Shown in pieces: positions 10,398 through 20,258 of a DNA stretch of 64,000 nt (its first letter is position 1; the number at the start of each line of letters is the position of its first letter). The translations under genes and the position numbers were made by a program. The notes beneath the pieces are model-generated. The model saw only the letters and a list, made by a program, of their open reading frames with translations. It searched no databases and was not told where the DNA came from. This stretch comes from Candidatus Omnitrophota bacterium (lineage in GTDB: Bacteria; Omnitrophota; Gorgyraeia; DTHP01). The DNA lies in contig JAMWCW010000006.1 in NCBI GenBank assembly GCA_023819145.1, positions 16,973-80,972 of the forward strand, given 5' to 3'.

Positions 10398-11948
10398 TTA
10401 TTCCTTATTCGATAATTCTTTTAGTCTCTTTGAAAAATATCCTCCAGTTAAAGCATCGAGGCCGGCGGTTAATTCATCAAGACGGATTTGCTTCTCCAAA
10501 CGTTCCTTAAGATCCTGAGGAGGATTAAGTAACAAACCTAATTTAACCCTGCGCCTCTCATAGTATAAACGATTGGTCTCATCGAGAATATCGTCACGCA
10601 ACTGCACCATCAACCGAGAACGCACATCAATGGAAGTCTGGTCGGTGGACCAGATTAAGTCTCCTAAATCCCATCTTAAAGACATACCCCAGTCACGCGG
10701 ACCAACCACTACTCTTTCGTAACTCTGAGCCCCGTAAATGGAAATAGTCTTATCATAATCCAAATCAAACTCTGGTACAAATGCCTTAAGCCGTGCCTGA
10801 GTTCGCCAGTTTTTAATCTTTTCTGGATAAACCTCTGCATATCTTATTGCTTCTTTTCGTACCTCTTGAATAGTAGGTTCATCGCGAAAATAAAATTCAT
10901 ATTCCTCTAAATAACTATCCTTATTGACGCTTTTTCCTTCAGTAACCTTAACAGTTCTAAATAATCCTTTAGCGGTGACTGCCCAAAGTGTATGCTCTTT
11001 ATCCAAGGCAAGCATGCGTACATCTTGGGTAGGTAAGTCCTGATAAACTTCCTCTGCTCTAAGCTTATTAAGATTAACCTTAAATATTCCTTTATTTGTA
11101 GCAAGATACAACAAATCTGGTTCTTCATAAGCGACAATATAACGAACGTCTACCCCTCCTAAATTAGCGATGTTTCTCTTATCCCAAGTTCTTCCACTAT
11201 CAGAAGAGACATAAAGTCCTTTTGTAGTTCCTAAATACACAAAACTGGGATTAGAACGGTTAATAAGAAGACTACGGGGGATAAGCGATGATACCTCTAT
11301 TTCTTCAGCTCCTTCATTTTCCCCATCATCCTCTGTAGATTCCTCTTGTATTCCTTGAGTAACAAAAACTCTTTCCCAATTTTCTCCTTTATCAAAAGAA
11401 CGATATACTCCCCTATTGCAAACCGCATAGACCAGCCGTGGAAGAGCAGGATGGATAGCTAAAGAAAATACCTCTGTTCCTTGAGGAATTCCTGAAAGAC
11501 GATTCCAGGTACCTCCTCTATCTATACTTAAATACACACCGTTATTTGTTCCTAAATAAAGGGCATCTTCAAAATTCTTAATTACATAGAAAACGTTTGT
11601 CTCTTTTCTAAAAATCTTCTGAAAAGACTTTCCATTATCCAAGGTTCTAAATAGCCCATGAGAGGTTGCTAAATAAACTGTATTTTTATCCTTGGGGTCA
11701 AAAAGAATAAAATTAATCTTTTGACTCTCTCCTTTCACGGTATAGAGATACTGCCAAATATTTCCTTTGTTTTCCGTCTTAAAGACTGCCTTATCCGAAC
11801 CCACATAAATAATTTTGCCATCAAAGGGAGAAATGGCTAAAGAATACAAATCATGGTCTAAACTCCCCGTAATATTCTCCCAGACCTCATCCGCCGAAGC
11901 CATCCCCACGCATAGAGAAAGAAGAAAGTAGAATATAAATCTTTTCAT
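10398..11948 (-). CDS. Secreted BNR/Asp-box repeat protein (Ycf48/sortilin-like beta-propeller) with a C-terminal domain of unknown function
   Basis: 516 aa. It has a signal peptide and several S-x-D-x-G-x-T-W type repeats (DRGGTWNRL, SDSGRTWDK, DKGENWERV, DNGKSFQ). Confidence 0.55.
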   Translation of the reverse strand: MKRFIFYFLLSLCVGMASADEVWENITGSLDHDLYSLAISPFDGKIIYVGSDKAVFKTENKGNIWQYLYTVKGESQKINFILFDPKDKNTVYLATSHGLFRTLDNGKSFQKIFRKETNVFYVIKNFEDALYLGTNNGVYLSIDRGGTWNRLSGIPQGTEVFSLAIHPALPRLVYAVCNRGVYRSFDKGENWERVFVTQGIQEESTEDDGENEGAEEIEVSSLIPRSLLINRSNPSFVYLGTTKGLYVSSDSGRTWDKRNIANLGGVDVRYIVAYEEPDLLYLATNKGIFKVNLNKLRAEEVYQDLPTQDVRMLALDKEHTLWAVTAKGLFRTVKVTEGKSVNKDSYLEEYEFYFRDEPTIQEVRKEAIRYAEVYPEKIKNWRTQARLKAFVPEFDLDYDKTISIYGAQSYERVVVGPRDWGMSLRWDLGDLIWSTDQTSIDVRSRLMVQLRDDILDETNRLYYERRRVKLGLLLNPPQDLKERLEKQIRLDELTAGLDALTGGYFSKRLKELSNKE

Positions 11949-11951
11949 TCT

Positions 11952-12902
11952 TTACCTCCTTTCTTTTCTAAAAACGCTCAATAAATATTTCACCTCCTTT
12001 CTGAACCTAAGGATTATAGATGGTTCAAATAAAAGTAAATAAGCCCAGATTGATAAATCATATATAAAAATAAAGAAAAAATTTCTTAAAAAACCTTGGG
12101 TAGTTTCGTTTTTAATTATCGTAGCATATCTGTTTTTCAGAAGCATCAATTTATGTTCAGGAAGAAGATAACAAAACTCAAACCGCTTGAATATACGAAA
12201 TTTTGGCTGATTAACTTTTGCAGAACTTCCCCGCAAATGGTAGCCAATTGCCTTCGGATTATAATATGCCTTCCATCCCGCCAATTGTGCACGCCAGTTC
12301 AAATCCAGGTCTTCATAGAATAATCCGTAATTGTTATCAAAATATTCACCATCTTCTATTCTTATCGCTTCAAGCATCTCTTTTCTGTAAAATGCACAGG
12401 CTCCGCAGGCACCAAAGACAAATCCAGGAGTATCAAATTGCCCTATGTCTTTTTCTCTATGACCTCTTTCTAACGGTTTACGCATCCGTGATAAAAACTG
12501 TCCTGTAGAATCGATAAATTCTCCTTTATAAGAAAGAATCTTTCCCGAAACAATACCAATCTTTCTATCCATTTTTATAGTATTTAAAACCTCTTTTAGA
12601 AAATTTCTATCTAAAATAATATCATTATTTAGAGAAAGAACAAACTCTCCCTTTGCCTCCTTGATGCCTTGATTCTGAGCAAAAGAATAAAAAAAATTCT
12701 TTTTATTCGCAATAATTCTCAATTGGGGAAAAGAACTCAATATCTCTCTAAGAAAGCTATCTAGCGGCTCATTTTCTACTAAGATGATTTCGAAATTCCT
12801 GTAGGTTTGAAGGAATACTGAGTTAAGGCAATTTTTTAGTAACTTGTTACTCCGCCAATCAACTATAACCACTGAGACGGAATCATTATCATGCATAGCC
12901 AT
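11952..12902 (-). CDS. Family 2 glycosyltransferase
   Basis: 316 aa with an N-terminal GT-A fold (VSVVIV..N....L..CL.S...QTY..FEIILV+N) and a DxD-like motif. Confidence 0.7.
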   Translation of the reverse strand: MAMHDNDSVSVVIVDWRSNKLLKNCLNSVFLQTYRNFEIILVENEPLDSFLREILSSFPQLRIIANKKNFFYSFAQNQGIKEAKGEFVLSLNNDIILDRNFLKEVLNTIKMDRKIGIVSGKILSYKGEFIDSTGQFLSRMRKPLERGHREKDIGQFDTPGFVFGACGACAFYRKEMLEAIRIEDGEYFDNNYGLFYEDLDLNWRAQLAGWKAYYNPKAIGYHLRGSSAKVNQPKFRIFKRFEFCYLLPEHKLMLLKNRYATIIKNETTQGFLRNFFFIFIYDLSIWAYLLLFEPSIILRFRKEVKYLLSVFRKERR

Positions 12903-13033
12903 CCAAGTTTTTCTTGCTTCTACAATGCCTATATGATAACATTTTTAAAAATGGAATTCAAAAAAATTGGGGTATGTCAGTTTATCTTAGGAAGGTATGT
13001 CCTTTTTTTCTATCTCACAATCTTATAGATATT

Positions 13034-13777
13034 TCATTCTTCATCCCTGAAACCGCGATTTTTTTCTGGATTATTTGGGCAGGATTTAAAAACCTCAGCA
13101 AATAAGAAATTTCTTATTTTCCCCTTCTTCCTTAACACTTCTCCGTAAAATTTGTTTAAGCTTTCTTCCCTTTCCCAGAAAGAAATCATTCCTTTTTTAA
13201 TATATTTTGGCTCAAGTTGACTTCGATGTGCTTTGATTGCTTCTATTTTTAATTCCATAATTTCATCTCCAAAGGGAAAATAAAAATCGAATTTTTTGAG
13301 TAATTTCCAAACCCGATAAATATATACCTTAGGAAAAAAATCTAAACCATCTAAGCTCTCTTTTATTATCTTCCAACATTTCTTATGAGTAAGATGAGGG
13401 TCATTTTCTTCGCCAGAAGTAAAGATCACCAAGGGGTGAAACTTCTTTATCTCTTTAGTTAATTTCTGAATATCCTCAGAAACAACTTTTCCTTTTTCAT
13501 AAAAAGGAAGAAAAAGAAACTTAAGTGATTTTTTATCTATCCCTAAAATTTTACTGGCAGAAATTGCTTCATTTTTTCTTAAATTGATTCTCTCTTTACA
13601 AGAAAGATTTTCTTTCACCCCTCTCCATCCTGGAGTAAGATAGAAGATTTTGATGATGTTATCTTTTTTTTTTAGAAAATTAATGGTTGCTCCCATTCCA
13701 ATACAGTCGTCATCAGGGTGTGGGGAGAGAATTAAGATTCTTTCACGTGAAGGAAAAAATTCACGAAGGTTTTTCAT
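13034..13777 (-). CDS. PIG-L/LmbE family N-acetylglucosaminyl deacetylase
   Basis: 247 aa, ILILSPHPDDDCIGMGATI, the LmbE-type zinc-binding motif. Confidence 0.7.
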   Translation of the reverse strand: MKNLREFFPSRERILILSPHPDDDCIGMGATINFLKKKDNIIKIFYLTPGWRGVKENLSCKERINLRKNEAISASKILGIDKKSLKFLFLPFYEKGKVVSEDIQKLTKEIKKFHPLVIFTSGEENDPHLTHKKCWKIIKESLDGLDFFPKVYIYRVWKLLKKFDFYFPFGDEIMELKIEAIKAHRSQLEPKYIKKGMISFWEREESLNKFYGEVLRKKGKIRNFLFAEVFKSCPNNPEKNRGFRDEE

Positions 13778-14070
13778 TGCATTCTTAACGCCAGCCCAAT
13801 AAGTGTATTTACGAGAAAAGGTCTTAAGAATACAATTATAAGAAAAGCAATTAAGGGAGAAATATCAATGCCAAAAGTAGGCGGTATGATCCTTCTTAGA
13901 GGGCTAAGTATGGGTTCAGTACTTCGATAGAGAAATTGCACAATGGGGTTAAAAGGGTCGGGATTTACCCAGCTGATTATCGCTCGTATAAACACTAACC
14001 ACCAAATAATGGTCAGCCCTACATTTAGAACCCTTGCTAAACCCAACAGGAAATTGGAAATAATAAACAT
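13774..14070 (-). CDS. YggT/Ycf19 family membrane protein
   Basis: 98 aa, RAIISWVNPDPFNPIVQFLYRSTEPILSPLRRIIP..GIDISPLIA, a strong YggT signature. Confidence 0.75.
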   Translation of the reverse strand: MFIISNFLLGLARVLNVGLTIIWWLVFIRAIISWVNPDPFNPIVQFLYRSTEPILSPLRRIIPPTFGIDISPLIAFLIIVFLRPFLVNTLIGLALRMQ

Positions 14071-14074
14071 ATCG

Positions 14075-14752
14075 CTATCCCGACTTAATGGCCAATACTT
14101 TAATAAAATCTGCCGCGTCCTCTATCTTATCGGTGACTCCTTCCATATATTCTGCCAATTGGTATACCAAAAGCAAGGTAGAGGCAGCCAATTTTGCTTT
14201 AATAATCGCTCCAATTAAAACCTTTTTCTGGTCATCCGCTTTCGTCTCATATAACTCTACTTCATTACAATCTCTTATTGCTTGTTTCAAATCATTTTTC
14301 ATAAGTGATTCAATTCCTTCTTTGAGCTTGGAAATGGAACTAAAAATTATCTCTGTAGCTTGGGAAATTTCCTTTAAAATATTTTCTGGTAATTTCTCTT
14401 CTATAAAATCAAGGAGTCTAGCTGCTCCATTTGTCCAATCTGCAATCCTATCCAATGATTTAACAAAATGCATTAAATCTTCTCTGTCAGGAGGAACCAG
14501 TACACCTTCAGAAAGCCTATCTATCATCTTCGACCTCAAAGCATCTGCCTCCCGTTCGCATTCCCTTACTTTTTCTATCGCTTTTCCCTTATTTTCTAAA
14601 TCCCCTTTAATAAATGACAAAATCGCCTCCCTAAACCACTCTACTGTCTGAGAGGTAACTTCCACATGTTTCCGAGCATCTTCTAAAACAAGCGCTTCCT
14701 GCTTCATCCCTAACCACCCTAAAATATTCCTTGACTCTTTCATCTCCATCAC
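14075..14752 (-). CDS. DUF47/TIGR00153 PhoU-like protein (Pit accessory protein)
   Basis: 225 aa, all-helical, PhoU-like repeats. It lies directly downstream of the pit gene, the conserved pairing. Confidence 0.7.
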   Translation of the reverse strand: MMEMKESRNILGWLGMKQEALVLEDARKHVEVTSQTVEWFREAILSFIKGDLENKGKAIEKVRECEREADALRSKMIDRLSEGVLVPPDREDLMHFVKSLDRIADWTNGAARLLDFIEEKLPENILKEISQATEIIFSSISKLKEGIESLMKNDLKQAIRDCNEVELYETKADDQKKVLIGAIIKAKLAASTLLLVYQLAEYMEGVTDKIEDAADFIKVLAIKSG

Positions 14753-14761
14753 CTCCGTTTA

Positions 14762-15736
14762 TTATAACAAAATTCTTACTAACTTAAGAATTAAAAATGA
14801 AATCAATCCACTTACCAAAGGGGTTAATGCCCAAGCAAAGATAATTTCTCCTACCATCTTTCTTTTTACCATCTTAATCCCCTTAACCAACCCCACACCC
14901 ACAACCGCTCCTACTATCGAATGGCTGGTGGAGACGGGTATCCCAAACATTGTATAAAGGTGAATATTTAATCCACTGGCAATTTCAGCTACAATCGCCA
15001 TTAGTGGCATAAGGCGAGTAATTCCAAATCCTACGGTCCGAATAACTTTATAACCGAAGGTTATTATTCCCAACAAAATGGCGATGCTTCCATAAATAAC
15101 TGCTTTATCCTGTCGCATTATTCCTGCTCCGACGATTATTCCTGTAGCATTAGCCACATCATTCGCCCCCCACGTAAAAGCTAAATAGCTACTGGTGGCT
15201 ACAATGAAGAAAACCACACTAGCGTTAATTAATCTTTTAGGAATTATGGTATAAAAAATCTTACGAAATGGTCTATATAAAATATAAGCGATTACTCCCG
15301 ACCCTATGGGAGTAAAAACCCAGCAGATAAAAATGTCTAGTAGTTTCTTCCAAATTACTTCTGCTCCTATTGCCAAGCCCGCTCCTGCTACTGCCCCTAC
15401 TATTGAATGGCTGGTGGAAACGGGTAAACCCCGCAAGGTAGCAATAAGCACCCAAGTCCCTGCTCCAAAACAAGCAGCTAGGGCGATATAGATTCCTATT
15501 TGCGGATCTAACTTATCTAAAGGAACTATTCCTTTACCAATAGTCTTTACCACCCGCGAACCTAAAAGTAACGCCCCTAAAAAACTAAAAAGGCAGGTAA
15601 TAAATATTCCCTGCTTAATAGTCATTTTCCCGGAGCCAACATCTGCACCTACGCAATTCGCCGCGTCATTTGCTCCGATTGTCCAACCGATGTATCCACC
15701 AACCAACAAGATTAAAAAAGCAATTACATTTTCCAT
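14762..15736 (-). CDS. pit: Inorganic phosphate transporter, PiT family
   Basis: 324 aa, duplicated GANDAAN/GANDVAN motifs, polytopic membrane protein. Confidence 0.85.
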   Translation of the reverse strand: MENVIAFLILLVGGYIGWTIGANDAANCVGADVGSGKMTIKQGIFITCLFSFLGALLLGSRVVKTIGKGIVPLDKLDPQIGIYIALAACFGAGTWVLIATLRGLPVSTSHSIVGAVAGAGLAIGAEVIWKKLLDIFICWVFTPIGSGVIAYILYRPFRKIFYTIIPKRLINASVVFFIVATSSYLAFTWGANDVANATGIIVGAGIMRQDKAVIYGSIAILLGIITFGYKVIRTVGFGITRLMPLMAIVAEIASGLNIHLYTMFGIPVSTSHSIVGAVVGVGLVKGIKMVKRKMVGEIIFAWALTPLVSGLISFLILKLVRILL

Positions 15737-15795
15737 CCTGTTTACTCAAAATTTAAAAAACATTATATGCATAATGAATCAAACTGTCAAAAAAT

Positions 15796-16293
15796 CTATT
15801 TAAAGGAAAAAGAAATGATTATCTTACCGGTTAATACCAGAAAAGTAACAATCGTTCCTGCAATAACTATCCCCAAAGAAATTCCCATTAAGGCTTTTTT
15901 AAAACGCATATCTAAAAGAGAAGCAGCAACCGCTCCTGTCCAAGCCCCGGTCATTGGCAAAGGAATGCCTACAAAGATTACCAACCCCCAGAATTTATAC
16001 CGTTCTATAACTCTTGCTTTTTTTTGTGTACGAATATACAACCAATTAAAAAATTTCTTCCATAATTTAAATTCTCTAAGATATTCTGCAATGGGATCTA
16101 ACAAAAAAAGAATAAAGGGAACGGGGAAAATATTGCCTAATAAAGAAAAAATAATTATCTTCTGCCAAGGCATCCCTAAGGAAAAACCTAACGGTATAGC
16201 ACCGCGTAATTCAGAAACAGGAAGCATTGCGGTTAAGAAAACTGCCCATTGTGGCGGAAAATTTTTGAAGAAAAGAAAAATTCTTTCTAACAT
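15796..16293 (-). CDS. Putative small multidrug export protein family (PF06695-like) membrane protein
   Basis: 165 aa, four TM segments, the family-typical SELRGAIPLG motif. Confidence 0.5.
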   Translation of the reverse strand: MLERIFLFFKNFPPQWAVFLTAMLPVSELRGAIPLGFSLGMPWQKIIIFSLLGNIFPVPFILFLLDPIAEYLREFKLWKKFFNWLYIRTQKKARVIERYKFWGLVIFVGIPLPMTGAWTGAVAASLLDMRFKKALMGISLGIVIAGTIVTFLVLTGKIIISFSFK

Positions 16294-16950
16294 TCAACTG
16301 TCCCTATACCAACCATATCTACCCACTAAGGGAACAAAAACACAACCACAAATTTCTATCCTTTTAACCCTATTTTCTAATTTTTCAAAAACGGTTAGAA
16401 CCTGCGAGAAAGAATCACCCAAAGGAATTACTAAACGCCCTTTTGCTTTCAACTGATCAATCAAGGGAGGAGGGACCTCGGGAGAACCAGCAGTAACTAC
16501 TATCCCATCATAAGGAGAAAAATCTTCCCAACCAAGGGTTCCGTCTCCTGTTTTTATCCTTATATTCTTATAACCCAACTCCTCTAATATCATTTTTGCT
16601 CTTTCTGCTAAAGAAGAAATTCTTTCTATGCTATAGACTTCATGCGCCAACTCAGCCAGAATTGCCGTCTGATAGCCTGAACCTGTACCAACTTCTAAAA
16701 CTCTTTCTCCTCTTTTTAAACCGAGACATTCGGTCATTAGAGCCACCATATAGGGTTGAGAAATAGTCTGTCCTTCACCAATGGGTAAAGGATGGTCATC
16801 ATATGCCTCACTAATATTTTTCTCAGGGATAAAGCGGTGCCGAGGAACTTTTAAAAATGCTCCAATCACACGCTCATCCTTTATCCCCCGCGCAATAATT
16901 TGATTATTCACCATCTCTTCCTTAAGAGAAGAATAACTATCCTCTACCAT
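16294..16950 (-). CDS. pcm: Protein-L-isoaspartate O-methyltransferase
   Basis: 218 aa, SAM-binding [16 protein letters not shown] motif. Confidence 0.9.
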   Translation of the reverse strand: MVEDSYSSLKEEMVNNQIIARGIKDERVIGAFLKVPRHRFIPEKNISEAYDDHPLPIGEGQTISQPYMVALMTECLGLKRGERVLEVGTGSGYQTAILAELAHEVYSIERISSLAERAKMILEELGYKNIRIKTGDGTLGWEDFSPYDGIVVTAGSPEVPPPLIDQLKAKGRLVIPLGDSFSQVLTVFEKLENRVKRIEICGCVFVPLVGRYGWYRDS

Positions 16951-17615
16951 CTCAGGATAATTTTAAAAACAAAATTTATAAAACGCAAAGAGTCTAGAAT
17001 AGGGTTTATTTGGCTGATGGTTTCGTGTAAATAAATAGTTTTTATCGGAAGTGAAAAAACGACAAAACCTCTTCTCCCCGCCTCAATTAAAATCTCCGAT
17101 TCTATCTCAAAATTATCGGTGCGAAGATTAATCTTTTCCAAGACCTCCCTTCGCAATAATCTCAAACCACATTGAGTATCAGGAATTTCTTGATGAATCA
17201 AAAAGGAAATTATTTTAGACATTAATTTATTGGTAAGAAAACGAATCAAAGGCATTCCTTCTGGATGATGCATGCGGTTTCCCACAATGACATCAACCCG
17301 ATGGTGCTTAAAAAAATCAATAAAATGAGGAATTTCTTCAGGGCTATGTTGACCATCTCCATCTATTGTAATTACTATATCAAAATTTTTCTCCAAACAA
17401 TAAGAAAAACCTCTCCTTAAGGAATTCCCTTTACCGAGATTATTAATGTTTCTCAATACTTCTGCGCCATTATCTTTAGCAAGTTGAACAGTATTATCGG
17501 TAGAACCATCGTCCACAACAACTATCTCGTTTATCCCAAGTTCTTTAATTCGGCGAATCAACCAACCGATGGTCTTTGCTTCATTATAGGTGGGAATAAG
17601 CACGCATACTTTCAT
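16944..17615 (-). CDS. GT2 glycosyltransferase (dolichyl/polyprenyl-phosphate mannose or glucose synthase-like)
   Basis: 223 aa, VLIPTYNEA...[11 protein letters not shown]...DGDGQH (the DxD of the Dpm1-like subfamily). Confidence 0.75.
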   Translation of the reverse strand: MKVCVLIPTYNEAKTIGWLIRRIKELGINEIVVVDDGSTDNTVQLAKDNGAEVLRNINNLGKGNSLRRGFSYCLEKNFDIVITIDGDGQHSPEEIPHFIDFFKHHRVDVIVGNRMHHPEGMPLIRFLTNKLMSKIISFLIHQEIPDTQCGLRLLRREVLEKINLRTDNFEIESEILIEAGRRGFVVFSLPIKTIYLHETISQINPILDSLRFINFVFKIILRW

Positions 17616-18214
17616 TATAAATGGAATTTTGGCTCATTACCCAAAATTATACGGCGTATATTGGGAATGTGTTTATAGCTCACTAAGAGCGCCAGTGAAA
17701 CCCCAAAAAGAATATAGAAAAATGGACGGTTAATAATTAATAATAAGAGGGGTAACAAAACAGCGGTAATAATGGAAGCCAAGGAGACATAACGAAAGAT
17801 TAGAAAAACTAAAGACCAGATAATTAAACAAATAAAAAATATCTTAGGCTCAAGAGCAAAAATCACGCCTGCTGTTGTGGCTACTCCTTTTCCTCCTTTA
17901 AATTTTAAAAAAATACTAAAGGTGTGTCCCAGAATTACCGAAAAACCTAAAATTAATTTTTCTTCAAAAGTTGACAAAGAAGAGGAAATCGGTTCACATA
18001 AGGTAAGATATCTCACCACTAAATACCCCTTTAAAATATCGATTACCAAAACTAAAACACCGGGAATCTTTCCGGTTACTCGCCAAACATTAGTAGCGCC
18101 AATATTACCACTACCTTCTTTACGAATGTCGGTTTTCTTAAGCAGTTTTGTAAGAATAAAACCTGTGGGAAAAGAACCAATAAAAAAAGCCAAAATTACC
18201 TTAATTATAAACAT
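17615..18214 (-). CDS. plsY: Glycerol-3-phosphate acyltransferase PlsY
   Basis: GSGNIGATNVWR motif. I place the start at the internal Met (MFIIKVILAFFIG). The 41-aa upstream extension in the ORF track overlaps pgsA and is unlikely to be translated. Confidence 0.85.
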   Translation of the reverse strand: MFIIKVILAFFIGSFPTGFILTKLLKKTDIRKEGSGNIGATNVWRVTGKIPGVLVLVIDILKGYLVVRYLTLCEPISSSLSTFEEKLILGFSVILGHTFSIFLKFKGGKGVATTAGVIFALEPKIFFICLIIWSLVFLIFRYVSLASIITAVLLPLLLLIINRPFFYILFGVSLALLVSYKHIPNIRRIILGNEPKFHL

Positions 18215-18227
18215 AGCTATATTGTCT

Positions 18228-18833
18228 CTATTTGCTTGTCTTAAGCGATACCGAAGAACTACTCTCCTGAAATATCCATTTACCCCCTCTCCAGATATAA
18301 TCAATCCCCGACGCAATAGTGAAAAAACCAGTAGCATACCAAAGAAAGGGAGTAAAACTAAGATGCATAATTATGGCAATAATCGTAATAGTTTGAAAAA
18401 AAGTGCTAAATTTTCCTAAAATAGTAGGTTTAATTTCTAACTTACCTTGGGTGAGATAAAACAACAAAGAACCTACCACCAAAAGTAAATCACGACTCAA
18501 GACTACAAGGGGTATCAAAAACGGTATCTCAAAACTCGCCGAAAGCCCCTTACGCGTAAAAAGAAGAATAAAAGCAGTATTAATAAGTAACTTATCTGCT
18601 ACCGGATCAAGCAGAGCTCCCATCCGAGTAATCTGTTTGCTCCTTCGGGCAATATAACCATCTAAAAAATCAGAAATAATTGACAAAATAAAAATAAACG
18701 CCGCAAAATTGCGTAAATAATCCTTTTGCGGCGTGTGATAGAGAACTATTGCCACAAAGAGAGGAATAAGAATAATTCGAAAAAGAGACAAACGATTAGC
18801 TAAGTTCATTAATTTTAAAATCCTAAAGTCCAA
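18228..18833 (-). CDS. pgsA: CDP-alcohol phosphatidyltransferase (phosphatidylglycerophosphate synthase-like)
   Basis: 201 aa, D..DG..AR......G...D...DK motif (DFLDGYIARRSKQITRMGALLDPVADK). Confidence 0.8.
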   Translation of the reverse strand: MDFRILKLMNLANRLSLFRIILIPLFVAIVLYHTPQKDYLRNFAAFIFILSIISDFLDGYIARRSKQITRMGALLDPVADKLLINTAFILLFTRKGLSASFEIPFLIPLVVLSRDLLLVVGSLLFYLTQGKLEIKPTILGKFSTFFQTITIIAIIMHLSFTPFLWYATGFFTIASGIDYIWRGGKWIFQESSSSVSLKTSK

Positions 18834-18879
18834 ACCATAAACTAAAATTTCTAATTTCGGAAAATTAGAGTTTTATCAA

Positions 18880-19173
18880 TTATTGTTTCAATTTCAGTTC
18901 CACTCCATCCTTAGGACAGTATTTTACATCCTGAGGATATTCTGTACCGCAAACCGGACAGAATTTTACTGCCATAGCATCTCCTACTAAAGCTCCTCCC
19001 AATCCACCAACAGCTGCTCCAATAGCCGCTCCTTCAGCAGTCTTTCCACTCTGATGTCCAATAATCGCTCCTACGCCTGCTCCTACCGCTGCGCCTACTC
19101 CTGCTCCCTTTTGAGTGGTAGTGCACCCAAGGAGAACTAAACTTAAAAGAACCAAAATCCCTAAGTACTTCAT
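18880..19173 (-). CDS. Small lipoprotein with a glycine-zipper membrane segment and a C-terminal Cys4 zinc ribbon
   Basis: 97 aa. It has a lipobox LLGC, a GxxxG-rich stretch (GAGVGAAVGAGVGAIIG...GAAIGAAVGGLGGALVG) and CPVCG...CPKDG. Confidence 0.5.
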   Translation of the reverse strand: MKYLGILVLLSLVLLGCTTTQKGAGVGAAVGAGVGAIIGHQSGKTAEGAAIGAAVGGLGGALVGDAMAVKFCPVCGTEYPQDVKYCPKDGVELKLKQ

Positions 19174-19230
19174 TATACCTCACCTCCTTTTAATATTCTC
19201 CACTCCTCAATCCGAGTTTAGAGTTTTTGC

Positions 19231-19794
19231 TTATCTGATTAATCCAATACGATGAAGAGGCCAATAAATCAATATTGCTTTCCCTAAAATATACTTCCGG
19301 GGAACAAATCCCCAGTAGCGGCTGTCTTGAGAAAAAGCAGAGTTATCACCCAATACGAAATAAGATGCTTCTGGAACCTTTATTCCTAATGGACCGTTCC
19401 CCATTGAGCCCCGATTATAATAATAAATCCTTTTTATCACTGGATGCGAATCAATTTTCTCTCCATTTATATAGATATACCCATTCTCAATCTTTACTAC
19501 CTCCCTAGGTTTAGCAATCAGTCTTTTTATAAAATCTCTTTTAGGGTCTAAAGGATAGCGGAAAACAACCACATCTCCCCTTTCTGGTTCTTTAAAACGA
19601 TAGATAAACTTATTTACCAAGATTCTATCACGGGGCTTTAGAGTCGGCTCCATTGAACCCGTAGGGATCTTAAATGCCTGGATAACAAAAGTCCTTACTA
19701 CCATTGCCAGAACAAAGGCAATGATAATAGATTCCGTCCATTCCTTAAACGAATCCTTAAATTGCGAATTTACTTTTCCTTTTTCTTCAGCCAT
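19231..19794 (-). CDS. lepB: Signal peptidase I
   Basis: 187 aa, catalytic Ser box IPTGSMEPTL and Lys box, GDNSAFSQDSRYWGFV. Confidence 0.9.
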   Translation of the reverse strand: MAEEKGKVNSQFKDSFKEWTESIIIAFVLAMVVRTFVIQAFKIPTGSMEPTLKPRDRILVNKFIYRFKEPERGDVVVFRYPLDPKRDFIKRLIAKPREVVKIENGYIYINGEKIDSHPVIKRIYYYNRGSMGNGPLGIKVPEASYFVLGDNSAFSQDSRYWGFVPRKYILGKAILIYWPLHRIGLIR

Positions 19795-20258
19795 ATCCTT
19801 TCCAGCTCTCTAGTAATTTCTATCCCCTTACTACTCTCAAGACTAATCTTTTTCTCTTCCTGAACAAGAAAATTCTTTTTATTTTTCATCTTGGATAAAA
19901 AATCCTCTGCTCCCATTACTCGCACCCCTTGACTTTTGGCAAAATATTTTATCTCATTATCATCACTTATGACAACTAAAATATTTTTATACAAACTCTT
20001 TTCTATCAGCCTCTTTATTTTCTCATCCGCAGTCTCTCTTTTAGTAAAAATTACTTCTATTGTAGAATATGTACTTAAGCCAAACACGTCTTCTCTACCG
20101 TCAAAGACAACGGTAATTTTATTATTCTTACTCCCACAAAGTCTTTCCTCATCAATAAAACGGATAAAACCTTCTCTATCTCTGAATGCCTTTTTTTTCA
20201 GAATGTAGGGAACCTGTTTCATCAAATTATATCCGTCGATAATAAAATGTAAACTCAT
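19770..20258 (-). CDS. NYN/YacP-like PIN-domain RNA-binding protein
   Basis: 162 aa, IIDGYNL...VVFDG pattern typical of COG3688/YacP NYN domains. Confidence 0.5.
   Translation of the reverse strand: MSLHFIIDGYNLMKQVPYILKKKAFRDREGFIRFIDEERLCGSKNNKITVVFDGREDVFGLSTYSTIEVIFTKRETADEKIKRLIEKSLYKNILVVISDDNEIKYFAKSQGVRVMGAEDFLSKMKNKKNFLVQEEKKISLESSKGIEITRELERIWLKKKEK

Noticed and set aside
15767-16456. 229-aa plus-strand ORF
   Set aside because: It overlaps two well-supported minus-strand genes (the small multidrug-export-family protein and pcm), has no recognisable domain, and would sit in a wrong-strand context in a minus-strand operon.
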